In this document: positions 45,313-60,939 of the stretch, piece by piece
Numbering within the stretch: position 1 is the stretch's first letter
Layout: every line of letters begins with the position of its first letter
Origin: Eledone cirrhosa
Taxonomy: Eukaryota
Length of the DNA stretch: 64,000 bases
Assembly (NCBI GenBank): GCA_964016885.1
Contig: OZ024740.1
Coordinates: 85,436,001-85,500,000, forward strand
Direction: 5' to 3'
Made by a program: the position numbers and the translations under genes
Notes under the pieces: generated by a model
Told to the model about the DNA's origin: nothing
The model's input: only the letters and a program-made list of their open reading frames with translations
The model's database searches: none

Positions 45313-47539
45313 ATGGAATTCTTTAAGATCTCTTCTTCTCTAAAAGACATACCTCTACCTAGAAACAAGGACTTTATTAAACAACTAATAGATAAATCAG
45401 ACTCCTTTATAAGGAGAATCAGGTGGCGTGCATTCCACTTTGATAAATCTAAATCTAACGTAAACGAAAATGCCTCAGACCTAGACAGAGTCTTCAAATC
45501 TAAAATAAATCCACCCCCCAACAAACTTTTGAATGATTTTGAAAACGATATAATTTCTATCATACAAGGAGTCAGATTCAAGAGAAACTTCAATGGCCAG
45601 GAATATCTGAAAAGCATTAAGGATAATATTGCGAGCTTAGAGAGAACAGAGAAGATCTTGGTGAAATCGGACAAAACCAACAACCTCTATGGAGTGGAAA
45701 AAGACATGTATAATGGCCTCATACTGAAAGAACTAAGGAAAAAGTACAAGGTAGCAGATAAGGCTGAACTTGAGAAAATGAATGTTGAGGCATCATATAT
45801 AATGCATGAGTTGGAAATTGAGAACAAAACACAACTTTTCGTGCCTAGGAAACCCAAGATCAATATGAAAGATCACAAGAGAAATTTTGAAAATGACTTG
45901 CCAGTCAGGTTGATTGCACCATCAAAATCTGACCTGGGTAAACTTAGCAAGAACATTCTAGACAGAGTGATACAGCAAATTAAGGACTTGAATTGTTTAC
46001 CTGGCTTGACCTTGTGGAAGGGAACTGGGGAGGTCATTGAGTGGTTTAATGAAATTAAATATAACAATAATAATAAATTTATTCAACTAGATATTGCTAA
46101 CTACTATTCATCCATTACCCCTAATCTACTTAATAAGGCACTAAATTACGCATTCAAGCATACAGACCTAACTAGCAATGAAATACACATTATATTATCG
46201 GCAAGGAAAACTTTGATAGAATTTAATAACCAACTATGGACTAGGGCAGATAGAGATAATAATTTTGACATTACTATGGGATCATCAGACTCAGCTCAGG
46301 TAACGGACCTTGTGGGCCTATTTATAATTAATTCGCTGCATAGGAAAATACCCGGTGTTACCGGAGGTTTATATAGAGACGACATGCTTTTACTTATTGA
46401 AAATAATAACTCTGAACTAAATAAGAAAAGAAAACAAATTATACAATTTTTTAATTACCTTAATCTAAAAATAGAAATTGAGAATAACCATAGAATAGTC
46501 AATTTCCTAGACGTAACATTTAATCTCAACACATGTCTTCACTATCCATTTCACAAGTTAAATGAAAACTTGAATTATGTCAATTTTAGCTCCAATCACC
46601 CCAGATCTGTCAAAAATACTATAGTGAACTCTGTTCAAAAACGTATCTCTAGAATCTCTTCCAATAAAAGTATTTTTGACGAAAAAGCCCAGTATTATAA
46701 CGAGGCTTTAGCTAGAGCAGGATATAGTGATAAAATTATGTACATCGATAATAGACAAACTAACCAAAATAACAACAATTTTAATTACAGTAACAACTTT
46801 AACAACTATAATAGAAAGCACTACAATAATTTCAAAAACCAGAAAAGAAATAGAACTAGAAATATAATATGGTTTGCCCCCCCTTTCTCACTAAACATTA
46901 AAACCCACATCGCTAAACTATTTTTTAATGCTCTTGACAAACGCTTCCCTAGAACACATAAGTATCACTCAATTTTTAATAGACATACTATAAAATTAAC
47001 ATACTCGTCCACCAAAAATTTAGCACAAAATATTAATAGAATAAATAATAGGAATCTAAAACCTAGCCAAAAATACCGAAAATAGCCTAAACAATATTCA
47101 ACTAAAAAACTGTAACTGTAGAGATAGATCTAAATGTCCGCTAAATAACAATTGCTTAGTTAAAAATATTATATACAACTGTAATGTTAGAACTGATTTA
47201 AATTCTTTTAATTATGTTGGTTCCACCTCGACAGAATTTAAACTTCGCTATAATAATCACAAAAATTCTTTCACGGATCCAAATAAAAAATCCTCAACAT
47301 CGCTGTCAGGGTTACTCTGGCAACTTAAGCATGATAAAGTTGGATATTCGATGGTTTGGAATATAGTCTCAAAAGGGATTCCTTTTAATTCCTCTTCTGA
47401 GACTAGTGACCTCTGCGCGGAGGAGATATTCTTTATATTAAAATCTAAAAATTCCCTTAATTTACGAACCAATTTATTCAGCTGTTGCAGACATAGATTG
47501 AACTCAACATTTAAATATAAATATAAATTTAAAATGTAA
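45313..47539 (+). CDS. PLE reverse transcriptase + C-terminal GIY-YIG endonuclease (one frameshift near 47058-47061)
   Basis: 590-aa ORF with SLKDIPLP, KSDKT, VRLIAP, LDIANYYSSI, ITMGS, GLYRDD, NFLDV and SNHP. The shifted frame continues KNCNCRDRSKCPLNNNCLVKNIIY..NYVGST..FKLRYNNH..DLCAEEIFFI..LFSCCRH..* to 47539. Confidence 0.88.
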
Positions 47540-48800
47540 TATAAAATATAGTATATTTACTTAAGGTATTTAACTATTTGTGCTACTTGGTGATAAATCT
47601 TTCGATTCCTTGAATTTTTTTTTTTTTTTTTTTTTTTAAAACCTTTCTGCATGAATATATAATTAATGAGATTAAATAAACTACCCTATAATTGGCGTTG
47701 TCCCCAATCTTTTGAATAAATTTCTAAGCTGGATAAACTTCTATAATAAATATAAGAGCATTTGTAGAATAAGTTTTGAATGATTTCTGCTAAATAAGGC
47801 TTGATGAACAATTTTGGTTTTGTTTGCTTTTGACTCTGATTCGATGACCGATATGCGTGGCATACTATGTTCTCTTGCGTCCCTAGATACTCTGTGGAGT
47901 GACGAAGATATTCTTGGCGTTTTTAATTTTAATATTGATATCTGTTTGTCTACTCTATGCTTGATCGATGATTATGCAAGTAGGGCTGGTATGTTATTTT
48001 AGATGTTAATGTATATCTTATATGTTTTGTGTCTATATATATGTATATATGTATGTAAATGTATGTAGGGTGGAATCTTTTCTAACGCATTGAAGTTTTT
48101 AGGGGGGAATCTTTTCTAACGCATTGAAGTTTTTCATGAAATATAAGAATCAGTGCAGCGTATCACGTAGGTTCACATGTGCGTCTATATTTATCAATTT
48201 GAATTCGAGATAACCTTCTCTTTTCTCTTTTTTCACGAGAATGCATATATACTTATGTTTGAAGTTTTATCTCTGCTTTTGCTTATAGACCTAAGAATTT
48301 TTAACTGAGCATGTGGTCATTTTTTTCACACATTATGGATATGTGTCTCATTCATGAATACTGATATTTACATTATAATACCTAATTCATAAAAATTGAT
48401 AATTCAAATGGATGAGACATAACATATTTTTAATATATTTTAAATATATCATCTTTCTTTCTTTTTCTCCTATACACTAATTTAACTGTATCCCTTCCCT
48501 TAACCTCTCACATATACGATGATCATCTGTCAAAAAGCAGCCTACTAGGTTTTTTTTTTTCACCATCAATGTATTTCTCTCTCTCCTTGTCTCTCTATCT
48601 CGCTCCGTTGTTTTTCTTTGCATACATCTCTTCATCTTCTTCTTTTTTATTTGCATACATCTCTTCATCTTCTTCTTCTCATCTTCGTTTTCTTTCTATA
48701 TAACTATCATAACAGTTTCACTACCAAATCAACTTTTTAAAAGGAAGTTGCATTATCACAAGGTATGTCACTAATTATTTATAAAACAGCTTATGTATTG

Positions 48801-48866
48801 TATTTTGTCTGAGGAAGGCATAACATATTTTTAATATGATATCCCAGAAATATATATAACGAAATA
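48801..48866 (+). ncRNA. Type I hammerhead ribozyme (3' pLTR)
   Basis: tattttgt CTGAGGA ..stem II.. GAAA tatata TA acgaaata. 8-bp stem I with one G-U pair. Confidence 0.78.
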
Positions 48867-49257
48867 AATATGGTTTTATAAATATAAATATAGTTTCCAT
48901 TTGTTTAATATCGTAAACCTACTCCAGAAACTGTTGAGTGCTTTTATATCAGTTATAAAATATTTACTCGTTGTAACCCAACAATCTTAAATAAAACTTT
49001 TGCATATATACATATATATATATATATATACATATATGCATATATACATATATATATATATACATATATATATACATATATATATATACATATATGCATA
49101 TATACATATATATATACATATATGCATATATACATATATGCATATATACATATATATATATACATATATATATATACATATATATATACATATATATATA
49201 TACATATATATATATACATATATATATATACATATATATATACATATATATATATAC

Positions 49258-49288
<31 letters not shown>

Positions 49289-49387
49289 CATATATGCACA
49301 TATATATATATATATACATATATGCATAAATACATATATATACATATATATCTATATATATGCATATATACATATATATATATACAT

Positions 49388-51005
49388 GTACCTAGCTAAA
49401 AGTAAACCCCTATACTTAGCTTTTGTCGACCTGGAGAAAGCCTTCGACAGAGTACCCCGTTCCATTATCTGGTGGGCTCTTAGAAAACTAGGTGTTGACG
49501 AATGGCTTGTGAGAACAAGCCATGTATAAAGAAACAGTCAGCAAGGTTAGAATTAACAACGAATATAGCGAAGAGTTTAGCGTAAAAGGTAGTGTCCATC
49601 AGGGCTCTGTTCTTAGCCCCCTACTATTTATTATTGCCCTTCAGGCTATAACAGAGGTGTTCAAGACCGGCTGCCCATGGGAACTCCTATACGCAGATGA
49701 TCTAACGCTCATAGCTGAATCAATGGCCGAGCTAGAGAAGAAATTCCAAACATGGAAGCACGGCCTAGAATCAAAAGGCCTTAAAATTAACCTGGCTAAG
49801 ACTAAAGTTCTAGTTTGTAGGAAAGAAAATAAGGCGCCGGTCCCTTCTGGGAAATGGTCATGCTCAGTGTGTAGGAAAGGCGTAGGTAGAAACTCTATTT
49901 TATGTCCCAAATGCAAAGTATGGGTGCATAAAAGATGTAGTGGGATCACAGGTAAGTTAACTAAGAACATAGATTTTACATGTGGCCGGTGCTCTGGTGC
50001 AATAAGTAGCAGCAAGTGCCCACCCACTAAATACTAGCTGTTTCAATTGCGCAGAGGGTTCTATAGAAATAGTGGACAGCTTCCGTTACTTGGACGACAA
50101 AATCAGCAGTGGGGGAGGGTGCTCTGAAAGTACAGTAGCTAGAGTCAGAACTGGTTGGAAAAAGTTCAGAGAGCTTATACCACTATTAGCCGCTAAAGGG
50201 TTCTCCCTAAGAATGAAAGGCAGGTTGTATGATGCCTGCATACGAACAACAATGTTGCATGGCAGTGAGACCTGGGCATTGTGTGCAGAGGATATACGCA
50301 GACTAGAGAGGAACGAAGCTTGCATGCCCCGCTGGATGTGTAATAGTAACATACGTGAACGGCAAAGCATATGCGAACTAAGGAAAAAATTAGAAATAAG
50401 AGGGATCAGATGTTGTTTACTCGAGAGAAGGCTACGTTGGTATGGTCACGTGATGCGCATGAAAGACGGCAGCTGTATAACAAAGTGCAGGGCAATAAAG
50501 ATAGACGAGCTGATAAATTCCGACCTCACACACTTACACCTCTCCAAGACAATGTCACTGGACCGAGACCTTTGGCGGTAGTCAGTAATAGAGTAGACCC
50601 GCCTTACCTAAATACAAAGTAAAACCTACTACAGTCAGTAGGCATCTCTAACAAAATACACCCCCGTCTCACGACCCCCACCCCATCCACACCGCCCCTT
50701 CAATGTAAAGTTATGTTGGTGCCACAACATCCAGGGCGAAACAAATGAAATCGTGTAGGTGTCACGACAAAAAAAACACACAGTCCACGCTGTAATGTGG
50801 CCGTGTAGGCAACACGGTAAAAACCTCCCAGCCCCACACTGTAAATGTGGTTGGTGTTAGGAAGGGCATCCAGCTGTAGAAAACCCGCCAGACAGTCCTA
50901 TGCGAGCAATGACAACCACTCTTGCCTCAAGTGGGAAAACTCACGTCCAAACCCATGCAAGCGTGGAACATGGACGTTAAACGATGATAATGATGATGAT
51001 GATGA
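49388..51005 (+). mobile_element. 5'-truncated RTE LINE (copy 3 of the main family)
   Basis: [23 protein letters not shown], ORFs 49522-50037 and 50072-50581; (GAT)n tail at 50984-51005. Confidence 0.92.
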
Positions 51006-51075
51006 TATATATATACATATATATACATATATATATACATATATATGCATATATATATATATACATATATATATA

Positions 51076-51109
<34 letters not shown>

Positions 51110-51455
51110 CATATATGCATATATACATATATATACATATATGCATATATACATATATGCATACATATATATATATATACATATATGCATATATACATAT
51201 ATATACATATATGCATATATACATATATGCATATATATACATAAATGCATATATACATATATATATATATATACATGCATGCATATATACATATATGCAT
51301 ATATACATATATACATATATGCATATATACATATATGCATATATGCATATATACATATATTCATATATACATATATGCATATATATATATACATACATGC
51401 ATATATACATATATGCATATATACATATATGCGCATATATGCATATATAAATATA

Positions 51456-51531
<76 letters not shown>

Positions 51532-51802
51532 CATATATATATATGTATATATATATGTATATATATATATATGTATATATATATGTATATATATATATGT
51601 ATATATATATGTATATATATATATATGTATATATATATGTATATATATGTATATATATATATATATGTATATATATATACATATATGTATATACATATAT
51701 GTATATACATATATGTATATACATATATGTATATACATATATGTATATACATATATGTATATACATATATGTATATATATATATGTTTATATATATATGT
51801 AT

Positions 51803-51929
51803 ACCGAAGGAAATGTGGTAAGGAACCAGGTGGACCATAACGCACCAAAGTACTCAATACTTGAGGTAGTAGAGTGGGTAATAGGAACCAGTAAGACCCT
51901 CTCAGCTGTCGGGGTCTTACTGGTTCCTA
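51803..51929. mobile_element. Short tail + hairpin insertion in (TA)n, same family as 17901-18061
   Basis: Shared CGAAGGAAATGTGGTAAGGAACCAGGTGGACCATAACGCACCAAAG segment; arms ATAGGAACCAGTAAGACCC / GGGTCTTACTGGTTCCTAT. Confidence 0.7.
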
Positions 51930-52051
51930 TATATATGTATATATATATATGTATATATATATGTGTATATATATATGTGTATATATATGTGTATATATAT
52001 GTGTATATATATATGTGTATATATATATGTGTATATATATATGTGTATATA

Positions 52052-52094
<43 letters not shown>

Positions 52095-52163
52095 CATTAT
52101 ATATATTTATATATATATATATATATATACATTATATATATTTATATATATATATATATATAC

Positions 52164-52246
<83 letters not shown>

Positions 52247-52417
52247 GTATGTACATATATATATGTACATATATATATGTATGTACATATATATATGTAC
52301 ATATATATATATATATATGTACATATATATATGTACATATATATATATATATATGTACATATATGTATGTACATATATATATGTACATATATATATATAT
52401 ATATGTATATATATATG

Positions 52418-52467
<50 letters not shown>

Positions 52468-52489
52468 TATAAATGTATATATATATATG

Positions 52490-52521
<32 letters not shown>

Positions 52522-52677
52522 TACATATATATAAATGTATATATATATATGTATATATATATATGTATATATATATATGTATATATGTATATATATATGT
52601 ATATATATGTATATATATATCTATATATATATATGTATTTATATATATGTATTTATATATATGTATATATATATATT

Positions 52678-53185
52678 TCGTTTCTGAATTCGTTTAGCAA
52701 GATTCTTTATCTGAAATCGTGTGTTGAAACCGATATTGTTATACTTTGGGAGGGTCATGTTGCCAATAAGAAACACACGCACCAGTTGCTTTCACTTCAA
52801 TTCAATTTATTAAATATTTATAAATTTACAAATTTATAAATTTCTGGTTGGTTGGTTGGTTCCACAACCAGATAGTTGTTTATATATATATAGTCATAGT
52901 TCTTTCGTCACACACTCTGTGACCTCTTCAGTGACTGGGGATTTCTTTCTTCGTTTCTGTGCCTTTCCTTTCTTCTATCCTACGCCAAAAATGAAGAGGT
53001 CACAGAGTGTGTGACGAAAGAACTATGACTATATATATATAAACAACTATCTGGTTGTGGAACCAACCAACCAACCAACCAGAAATTTATAAATTTGTAA
53101 ATTTATAAATATTTAATAAATTGAATTGAAGTGAAAGCAACTGGTGCGTGTGTTCCTTATTGGCAACATGACCCTCCCAAAGTAT

Positions 53186-53193
<8 letters not shown>
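52678..53193 (-). mobile_element. PLE-type fold-back insertion with hammerhead
   Basis: Arms 52733-52930 / 52992-53193 and a ~55-nt tail; terminus related to the 25684 and 32251 insertions. Confidence 0.8.
52892..52936 (-). ncRNA. Minimal type I hammerhead ribozyme
   Basis: agtca CTGAAGA g gtcaca gagtg tgtgac GAAA gaac TA tgact. Confidence 0.82.
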
Positions 53194-54917
<1,724 letters not shown>

Positions 54918-55742
54918 TGAAATAAAATGAAAACGAAATTTCATTTCTCACTCTTAGTACACACATACTTATATATATATATACATACATATATTCAATA
55001 CTTACCACTATGTGCTCCTGTGACGAATGAAATCTTAAATTTTTAATGAAATTCTTATGATGTCGCCTGGCATCATCAGGCGTTATGATTCTTTCAACAC
55101 AGACACATCCATACAACCAGCATAGCCGGAGTCGATCAATATCAGGTAACAGATAAATTATCATATGATAAAAATCTCAACTAAATATCATGCTATCTAA
55201 TAAATCAAAGTATAATATGCCAGGAGAATTGAAAGCTTCCATTTTCATTTTGCAAATTTTTCTCATAATAATGTGAAAATTCTCAGTATGTCTCTCTATG
55301 AAATTATTAAAAATTCCTCCATATTTACAAGTATGCCTCATTGTGAATGTATATATATATATATATATATAAACTGTCAATATATGTAAGATTAAGGCTA
55401 TAGCAAGAAAACCACACGACATTAATACATGAAAGTAATTAATTCAGAAAGAAATAAAACGTTTTCTAAACGACAGAATTATTCAATGTTTTGTTAATAA
55501 TGAAAAATCAAACCACGCATAGTTATCGATTATTCAAGAACACTGAGCTTGACACATTTCTTGTTTCATAGGTTGATTATACGTTTTCAAATGTTTATAG
55601 AAGTTCGTGTTTTTTCTATTGTCGATCTACATGGCGTATCAACAGATCGATTCTATAGTCTACCACCTGACCACATTTGAAACATTGGGAAAATGCAATA
55701 GATTAACTAGACTCTCTTTGTGATGTATTATCGCCATACCTA

Positions 55743-56113
55743 CAAGGGTTGGCTGAATAGTTCATAAGCTGACTACAGACCTGTCAACTCTCCCCATCGG
55801 ACAGGGAGATCTCTCACCCACTTTGGGGCGGGTGAGAGATGTCTTTTCTTGTGAAAATGGGTATAGCTTTCATTATGTAAAATCTCCCCATTTTGCCCCA
55901 TTTCTCCCCGTTTTGGGACACTTTTTTTCATGGTACTCCGCGTTTGGGGTTTTAGAGTTCCGGCAGGTTTGTGATTATGGAAAGTGATGTGAAATCTTAA
56001 TTTAAACTCTTCTCGTTAATTGTTACTTTCTAGAGACTGTGGAAAATTAAACCCCATGTGGTCATTCCATGAGAATATCTTGGTCAGCTTTTGAACTTTT
56101 CAGCCGACCCTCG
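55743..56113. mobile_element. Mariner-type MITE with ~31-bp TIRs and TA target duplication, with a second TIR element nested at ~55777-55970
   Basis: TA|CAAGGGTTGGCTGAATAGTTCATAAGCTGAC ... GTCAGCTTTTGAACTTTTCAGCCGACCCTCG|TA; inner CAGACCTGTCAACTCT ... AGAGTTCCGGCAGGTTTG. Confidence 0.75.
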
Positions 56114-56261
56114 TAAGTTCCAATGAAATGTTGACTCGTTTATTTCAATTCAGAATCTAAAGAGAACTTGTATACATTGACAGTATTATCAATTGTGGCC
56201 AGAGACAAAGTAAACATAATGCGAACTTGTCCAAAAGCATACAACTTCTTTGGAGCTTATT

Positions 56262-56452
56262 AATGGTTTCTAATTTAGACACAAGGCCAACAATTTTGGG
56301 GGAGGAGAAATTGGATTAAATAGACATTAAATAGTGCATCACCGGTACTTTATTTTATCGACCCCCTAAAGATAAAGGCAAGGCTAACCTCGACGTGATT
56401 TTAACTCAGAACGTAAAGGGACGTAACTATATGCCGCAACGCATTTTTTTCG
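56262..56452 (-). mobile_element. tRNA-derived SINE
   Basis: GGTACTTTATTTTATCGACCCC..AAAGGCAAGGCTAACCTCG core. Confidence 0.75.
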
Positions 56453-56964
56453 ACGATTAACATGAAATCATCACTCTCTTAAATATAAAATCTTCTCAGT
56501 CACATTATAACAGTGGTACACATAGACCAGAACTCAAGAGATATGAGCTGTTAACAGATTTCAACACCACTCTCCCCAACAAACTTGGCTTCACTTTATC
56601 AACTCATTAGTTTTGTTGCATACCATGCAGAATTGGTACCTAATTGTAGTGCATTGCCCCCCCCCCCCCTCCAAAAAAAATTACAGATCTTCGTTGGTAC
56701 TTACCAAAGGGAGATAAATTATCTTAGGGTTCAATTTATAACATTCAAAATAACAAGCGGTTACTAAATTCAGCGTACTAAATGCATTGCAAACTACTAT
56801 AGGAGGTAGATTCTTTCAAAATGGATGTTCCTTTCACCGTTCTCATTTCGTCTTTATATTCTGCTTAAAATAGAATGTGTTACAATTATAGAATGCATCC
56901 GAAAATAGCGTGATTTATAATATTCACTCCACTTCATCATAATTCTCGAGTATCAATGTTCAGT

Positions 56965-57500
56965 GGCATCCATATTCTCGACCTCATGTAAATCCGCTCA
57001 TTAGTCACCACAGTAAAAGCCGGTTCCTTCAGCACGCCGCCGTAATAACATCTCCAGAAAGAGCATTGGCGTGATTGGTTTTCCGCCACAGTACTAGTCT
57101 GTCGGCCTTGACCGCTGTGATGGTGTACACCCAAAGGAGATAACCTTTTTCCTGTTCGAGGTGATAAAGCCCTGATCTGGGATACCAAATATTGTGATTC
57201 GTTCTTTGGTGAAAACTTCATTGCTTCGGCCAAAACCCAAGTACCTCCGTCCGTAGCGAGGAAAAGCAGATTGCTAAATACCGGCCTTTGACCAATCGCT
57301 TCGTTTTTATGTCGGCTGCCATCAAGACATCCAGTGAACTCGGTTTCTGGACTACTGTTTTCTTCCGTAAAAGTGTGAAGAATGTATCTCGGCTAAGGAA
57401 CGAGCCCGTTGAGGTGGAATGGCTTATGTAGAGGGTGTCGCTGGCTGTTCTCTGCAACAATGTTTTCACATTTTTTTTATTAGCTGTGATGTACGGCCTA
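56965..57500 (+). mobile_element. Degenerate CRE-like RLE region
   Basis: Fragments GLDRCDG, KALIWDTKYCDSF, EEKQIAKYRPLTNRFVF and EWLM*RVSLAVLCNN. Confidence 0.6.
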
Positions 57501-59169
57501 ACCAAAGGTTTTAAAGTTTGTTATCGCCCTTTCTCGCTTCCTTTTTTATTTAACTTTTTTCTTATTTCATGTTTATTATCTATTTTCTTGAGGGTGGGGG
57601 ATTGGCAGTATCCGCAGAGTGTCGGACAATATGCTTTGCGGCATATAGTTACAAACCATTACGTTCTGTGTTCAAATAATAAACGCAAGGAACAGTTAAA
57701 AGTTTGAAATAACAGTGTTTCGCTAGCCAACATGTTGCTAACATGTAGTGTTCATAGATAAGAAGTATGTTGGAATATGTAGGAATTTATGAGTGAATGT
57801 GTGAATATGGAGATGTGGCTTAAGAAAAGATATCGCATTGATGATTGACAGGTTTACTAACATGGATACTATGTCATGACTTGGCTGTGACAGCACCGAC
57901 TACCTTGGTGACTGCCACAACCGAAGTCTCTTGTCCGGTGTCTGAGCTATGTCCGTCTGCATTTCATATCCACAGATAATTTCGCTACAGATTCATACTA
58001 ATATATCGATTATACAATTGAAGTATATTTACAATGTCACTAATTTTCGTAATACTGCATAACGTTTTTAAAATGTCAAAATATTTTGCACACAGAAAAG
58101 AAAAAAGAGGTTTTTATTTAGATATAGCGACTATTTCCCAAATTAAGTCTCTACCAGAACAATTGGCAACGTGAACATCTCATTTAAGAATAAAATACAT
58201 TTAACACGTGTATGTGTTCGGTTTATTTATTTAATTCATTTGAAATTTTCTACAGATGTCATTATCACTTTATATCTTAACATGATAACGTCCTTGTCAT
58301 TGCTAGCTTTTGTGTGTTGCTGTTGGCGTAGTTGATATCTATATTAGTATTATTGTTTTGAGGATGGCTTGTTGTTGTTATTATGTAATGCTTTTGTTCT
58401 TAAACATCATCAACACAAAGTACATCCTTCCGGGCTTCCTGTTTTGTCGTTCTCTATTTCTCATTGATTCTGGTACCTTAATGAAGCAATCTTGTCTATT
58501 GACAGGAAGACCTACTCAAATTATTTCAATCACGTGTCCTTTTTGTTTAGTTTCAAACAACAACCAACTGTTCTTTGCTTGAGAAGCAGTTTATAGTTTC
58601 TTCATCAACTATTGAATTGCTTTCTAATGGTTTCTCGTAGAAGCCATTCATATAGTATTTTGACAATATCTTCAAAGAAAAGTGTCTTTCATTACAATCT
58701 ATCTGTTGTTACAATAGACAGTTTTCTTCCTTATCAATTGTTGGTGCTAAATTACATCTCCCTTTACCCCAACCAAGCAAAACAATTTTATTTCAGATAT
58801 ATACCCCCTCATCTACACACACACACATATAGTAATAATAAATGTGAAGACTAAGATTCCGTAAAAGGGTGAAAGCCGCGATTCTTTGCTTAAACTTTAA
58901 TCTGTACATATGATATATATCATTTTACGTCTGCTTTTCCTGTGTATATATATATGTATATATATACATACATATGTATGAAATAAACGTTAAGACAGAA
59001 GTTACATAATCATATTTATTATTATACGTATTTCTGTGACACTGGCATGGAGCTGTTGTGCAACTGTTGCAACAGTGACCTGTACCAGTGTGACATCATC
59101 AGATGTTAACACAATTATGTGGATGGGTTGATATATTGTTTTCTAATTAACCTGTTATCGAAGTAATAT

Positions 59170-59790
59170 GATCATGTTCAACCAAAGTCAGTAGTGGAGT
59201 CCCTCAAGGCACTGTGTTGGGCCCACTTCTCTTCATTATCGACATAATTAACATTATAGACGTCATCATGCACAAGATAAGAATTTTTTCAGATGATTCC
59301 AAGTTCCAGGAGGTCATCAAGGGAGTGGGAGATCAGACATGTCTTCAATTGCATATATTTGCTGTTATCCAATGGGCGACAAAAAAAAATATGCTAACTG
59401 AGGATAAATTTGAATAAATCCACTTTGGAAAAGAGGATGCATTGAAGTTACCATATTCTCTTCCCTTGGGTAAAACCCTCATGACATCCAACAGCACCAG
59501 TGACCTTGGAGTAATTGTTGACAACTTAAACTGGAGTACTCACATAAACACCAAGGCTGACTTGATATATTCCTGGATTCTCAGAATTTTCCAGTCTAGA
59601 GAAATTCATACCACCATCCTACTCTACTCTACTTTACCGTTACCTGACTCCACCTTGAATGCAGTAGTCCACTGTGGTCTCCTCCCATGAAACAAAGTAT
59701 TATGAAAACTAAAGCACACCAGAGGTTAATTACAAAAATGATAGATGATATGATAGGCCTTGACTATTAGGGCTGACTAGAAAAACTGAA
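59170..59790 (+). mobile_element. Old CR1-group LINE fragment
   Basis: SGVPQGTVLGPLLFII, FSDDSK, DLGVIVDNLNWSTHIN, WILRIF. Confidence 0.75.
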
Positions 59791-59829
59791 ATGTATGAGG
59801 GTTCAACAGTCTTCTCAGTTCAATTTTTT

Positions 59830-60510
59830 TAATGTATATCCTAAAAGGGCACTTTAGTCCAGCTGCTGATTTACACACCAGGCTGCATTTAGAGCAGATG
59901 ACGGAATTTTGAGCGGAACAGGATGGAATGTTTGATTGGATTTTGGTGTTAGATCTTAGATAGACCAGATGAGATTTTTCAAAGTTCTTTATACCTTCAT
60001 GGCAGACAGTTCTCCATTTCCCATGGTCAGTAGCCAGGGCTTCAAAAGAAGTCAGACGTATGTTCACAGATTGTACTTAGTTTGTCTTTATATCTGAGTA
60101 ATGGTCGTCCTACATTACATACACCATTATAAAGTTGACTTTATAACAGTACCTTGGATGTGTGGTTCTCAGTCATCCGTAGAACAATATAAGCCCATCT
60201 GAATTGGGACTGCATCAGAAATGACTGATGTTGCACCTCGTGAAGAAATCAGCATTGGAGATTTTTTTCAGAAAATGCATAAATACAGATAGTGAAGACA
60301 ATGTTTGTAGAAGACATCAACCTTATAAATGTGGGTGCGATAAAGTGTCCATGACTGAGCCATATAAAAGTGTTGTCAGTACCATAAATCAGTACAATAA
60401 ACTGCAATTTTCGTTTTCAGTTATATATCTATGACACCCCATAGATGATGATGTAATTTACAAAAGGTGTCAGTTGCTTTGGAGATGTGCTTGTCCTCAT
60501 TACCCTGAAA
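59830..60510 (-). mobile_element. Old RTE/BovB-like LINE 3' fragment
   Basis: FEALATDHGKWRTVCHEGIKNFE..CSKCSLVCKSAAGLKC (C-terminal zinc finger). Confidence 0.6.
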
Positions 60511-60939
60511 TATGTATCAATTGCTAAGTAATAATCAAGTAATTATGTACATGTGTGTGTGAGTGTGTAGGGACACACACACACACATATATATATGTAT
60601 GTGTGTGTGTGTATCCCTACACACACATACGTACATAATTACTTGATTATCACACACACACACACATATATATAATATATATAGGAGTGTGTGTAGTAAG
60701 TTTTTCAACAAGAATAAAAGTGCTAATTTATTATGATACATAAATAGGATTCATGGTCTGACTATATTACATGTCTCTATCTGTAAAAGTAACATAGGCA
60801 AAAAGTTTCCTAGAATAAATAGATAGAAAATCACCTCCACCACCCAGTCATTCATATGGCTCTTCAATGAAATTCTCAGCAAAAATCTTGTTAAGTCCAC
60901 AATATCTGAAGCCTGCTAATGGTCCTAATATCATCAGAA

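Larger units (their letters stand above)
43063..49006 (+). mobile_element. Near-complete Penelope-like element (probably Hydra clade): inverted pLTR, partial direct pLTR, RT-GIY-YIG ORF, 3' pLTR
   Basis: 43063-44402 is the reverse complement of 47667-49006; 44433-45268 is a direct copy of 48140-49006; ORF 45313-47539; three hammerheads; (TA)n at both ends. Confidence 0.92.

Noticed and set aside
43063-49006. DNA transposon with 1.3-kb TIRs
   Set aside because: The enclosed ORF is RT + GIY-YIG and a third, direct copy of the repeat exists; this is PLE pLTR architecture.
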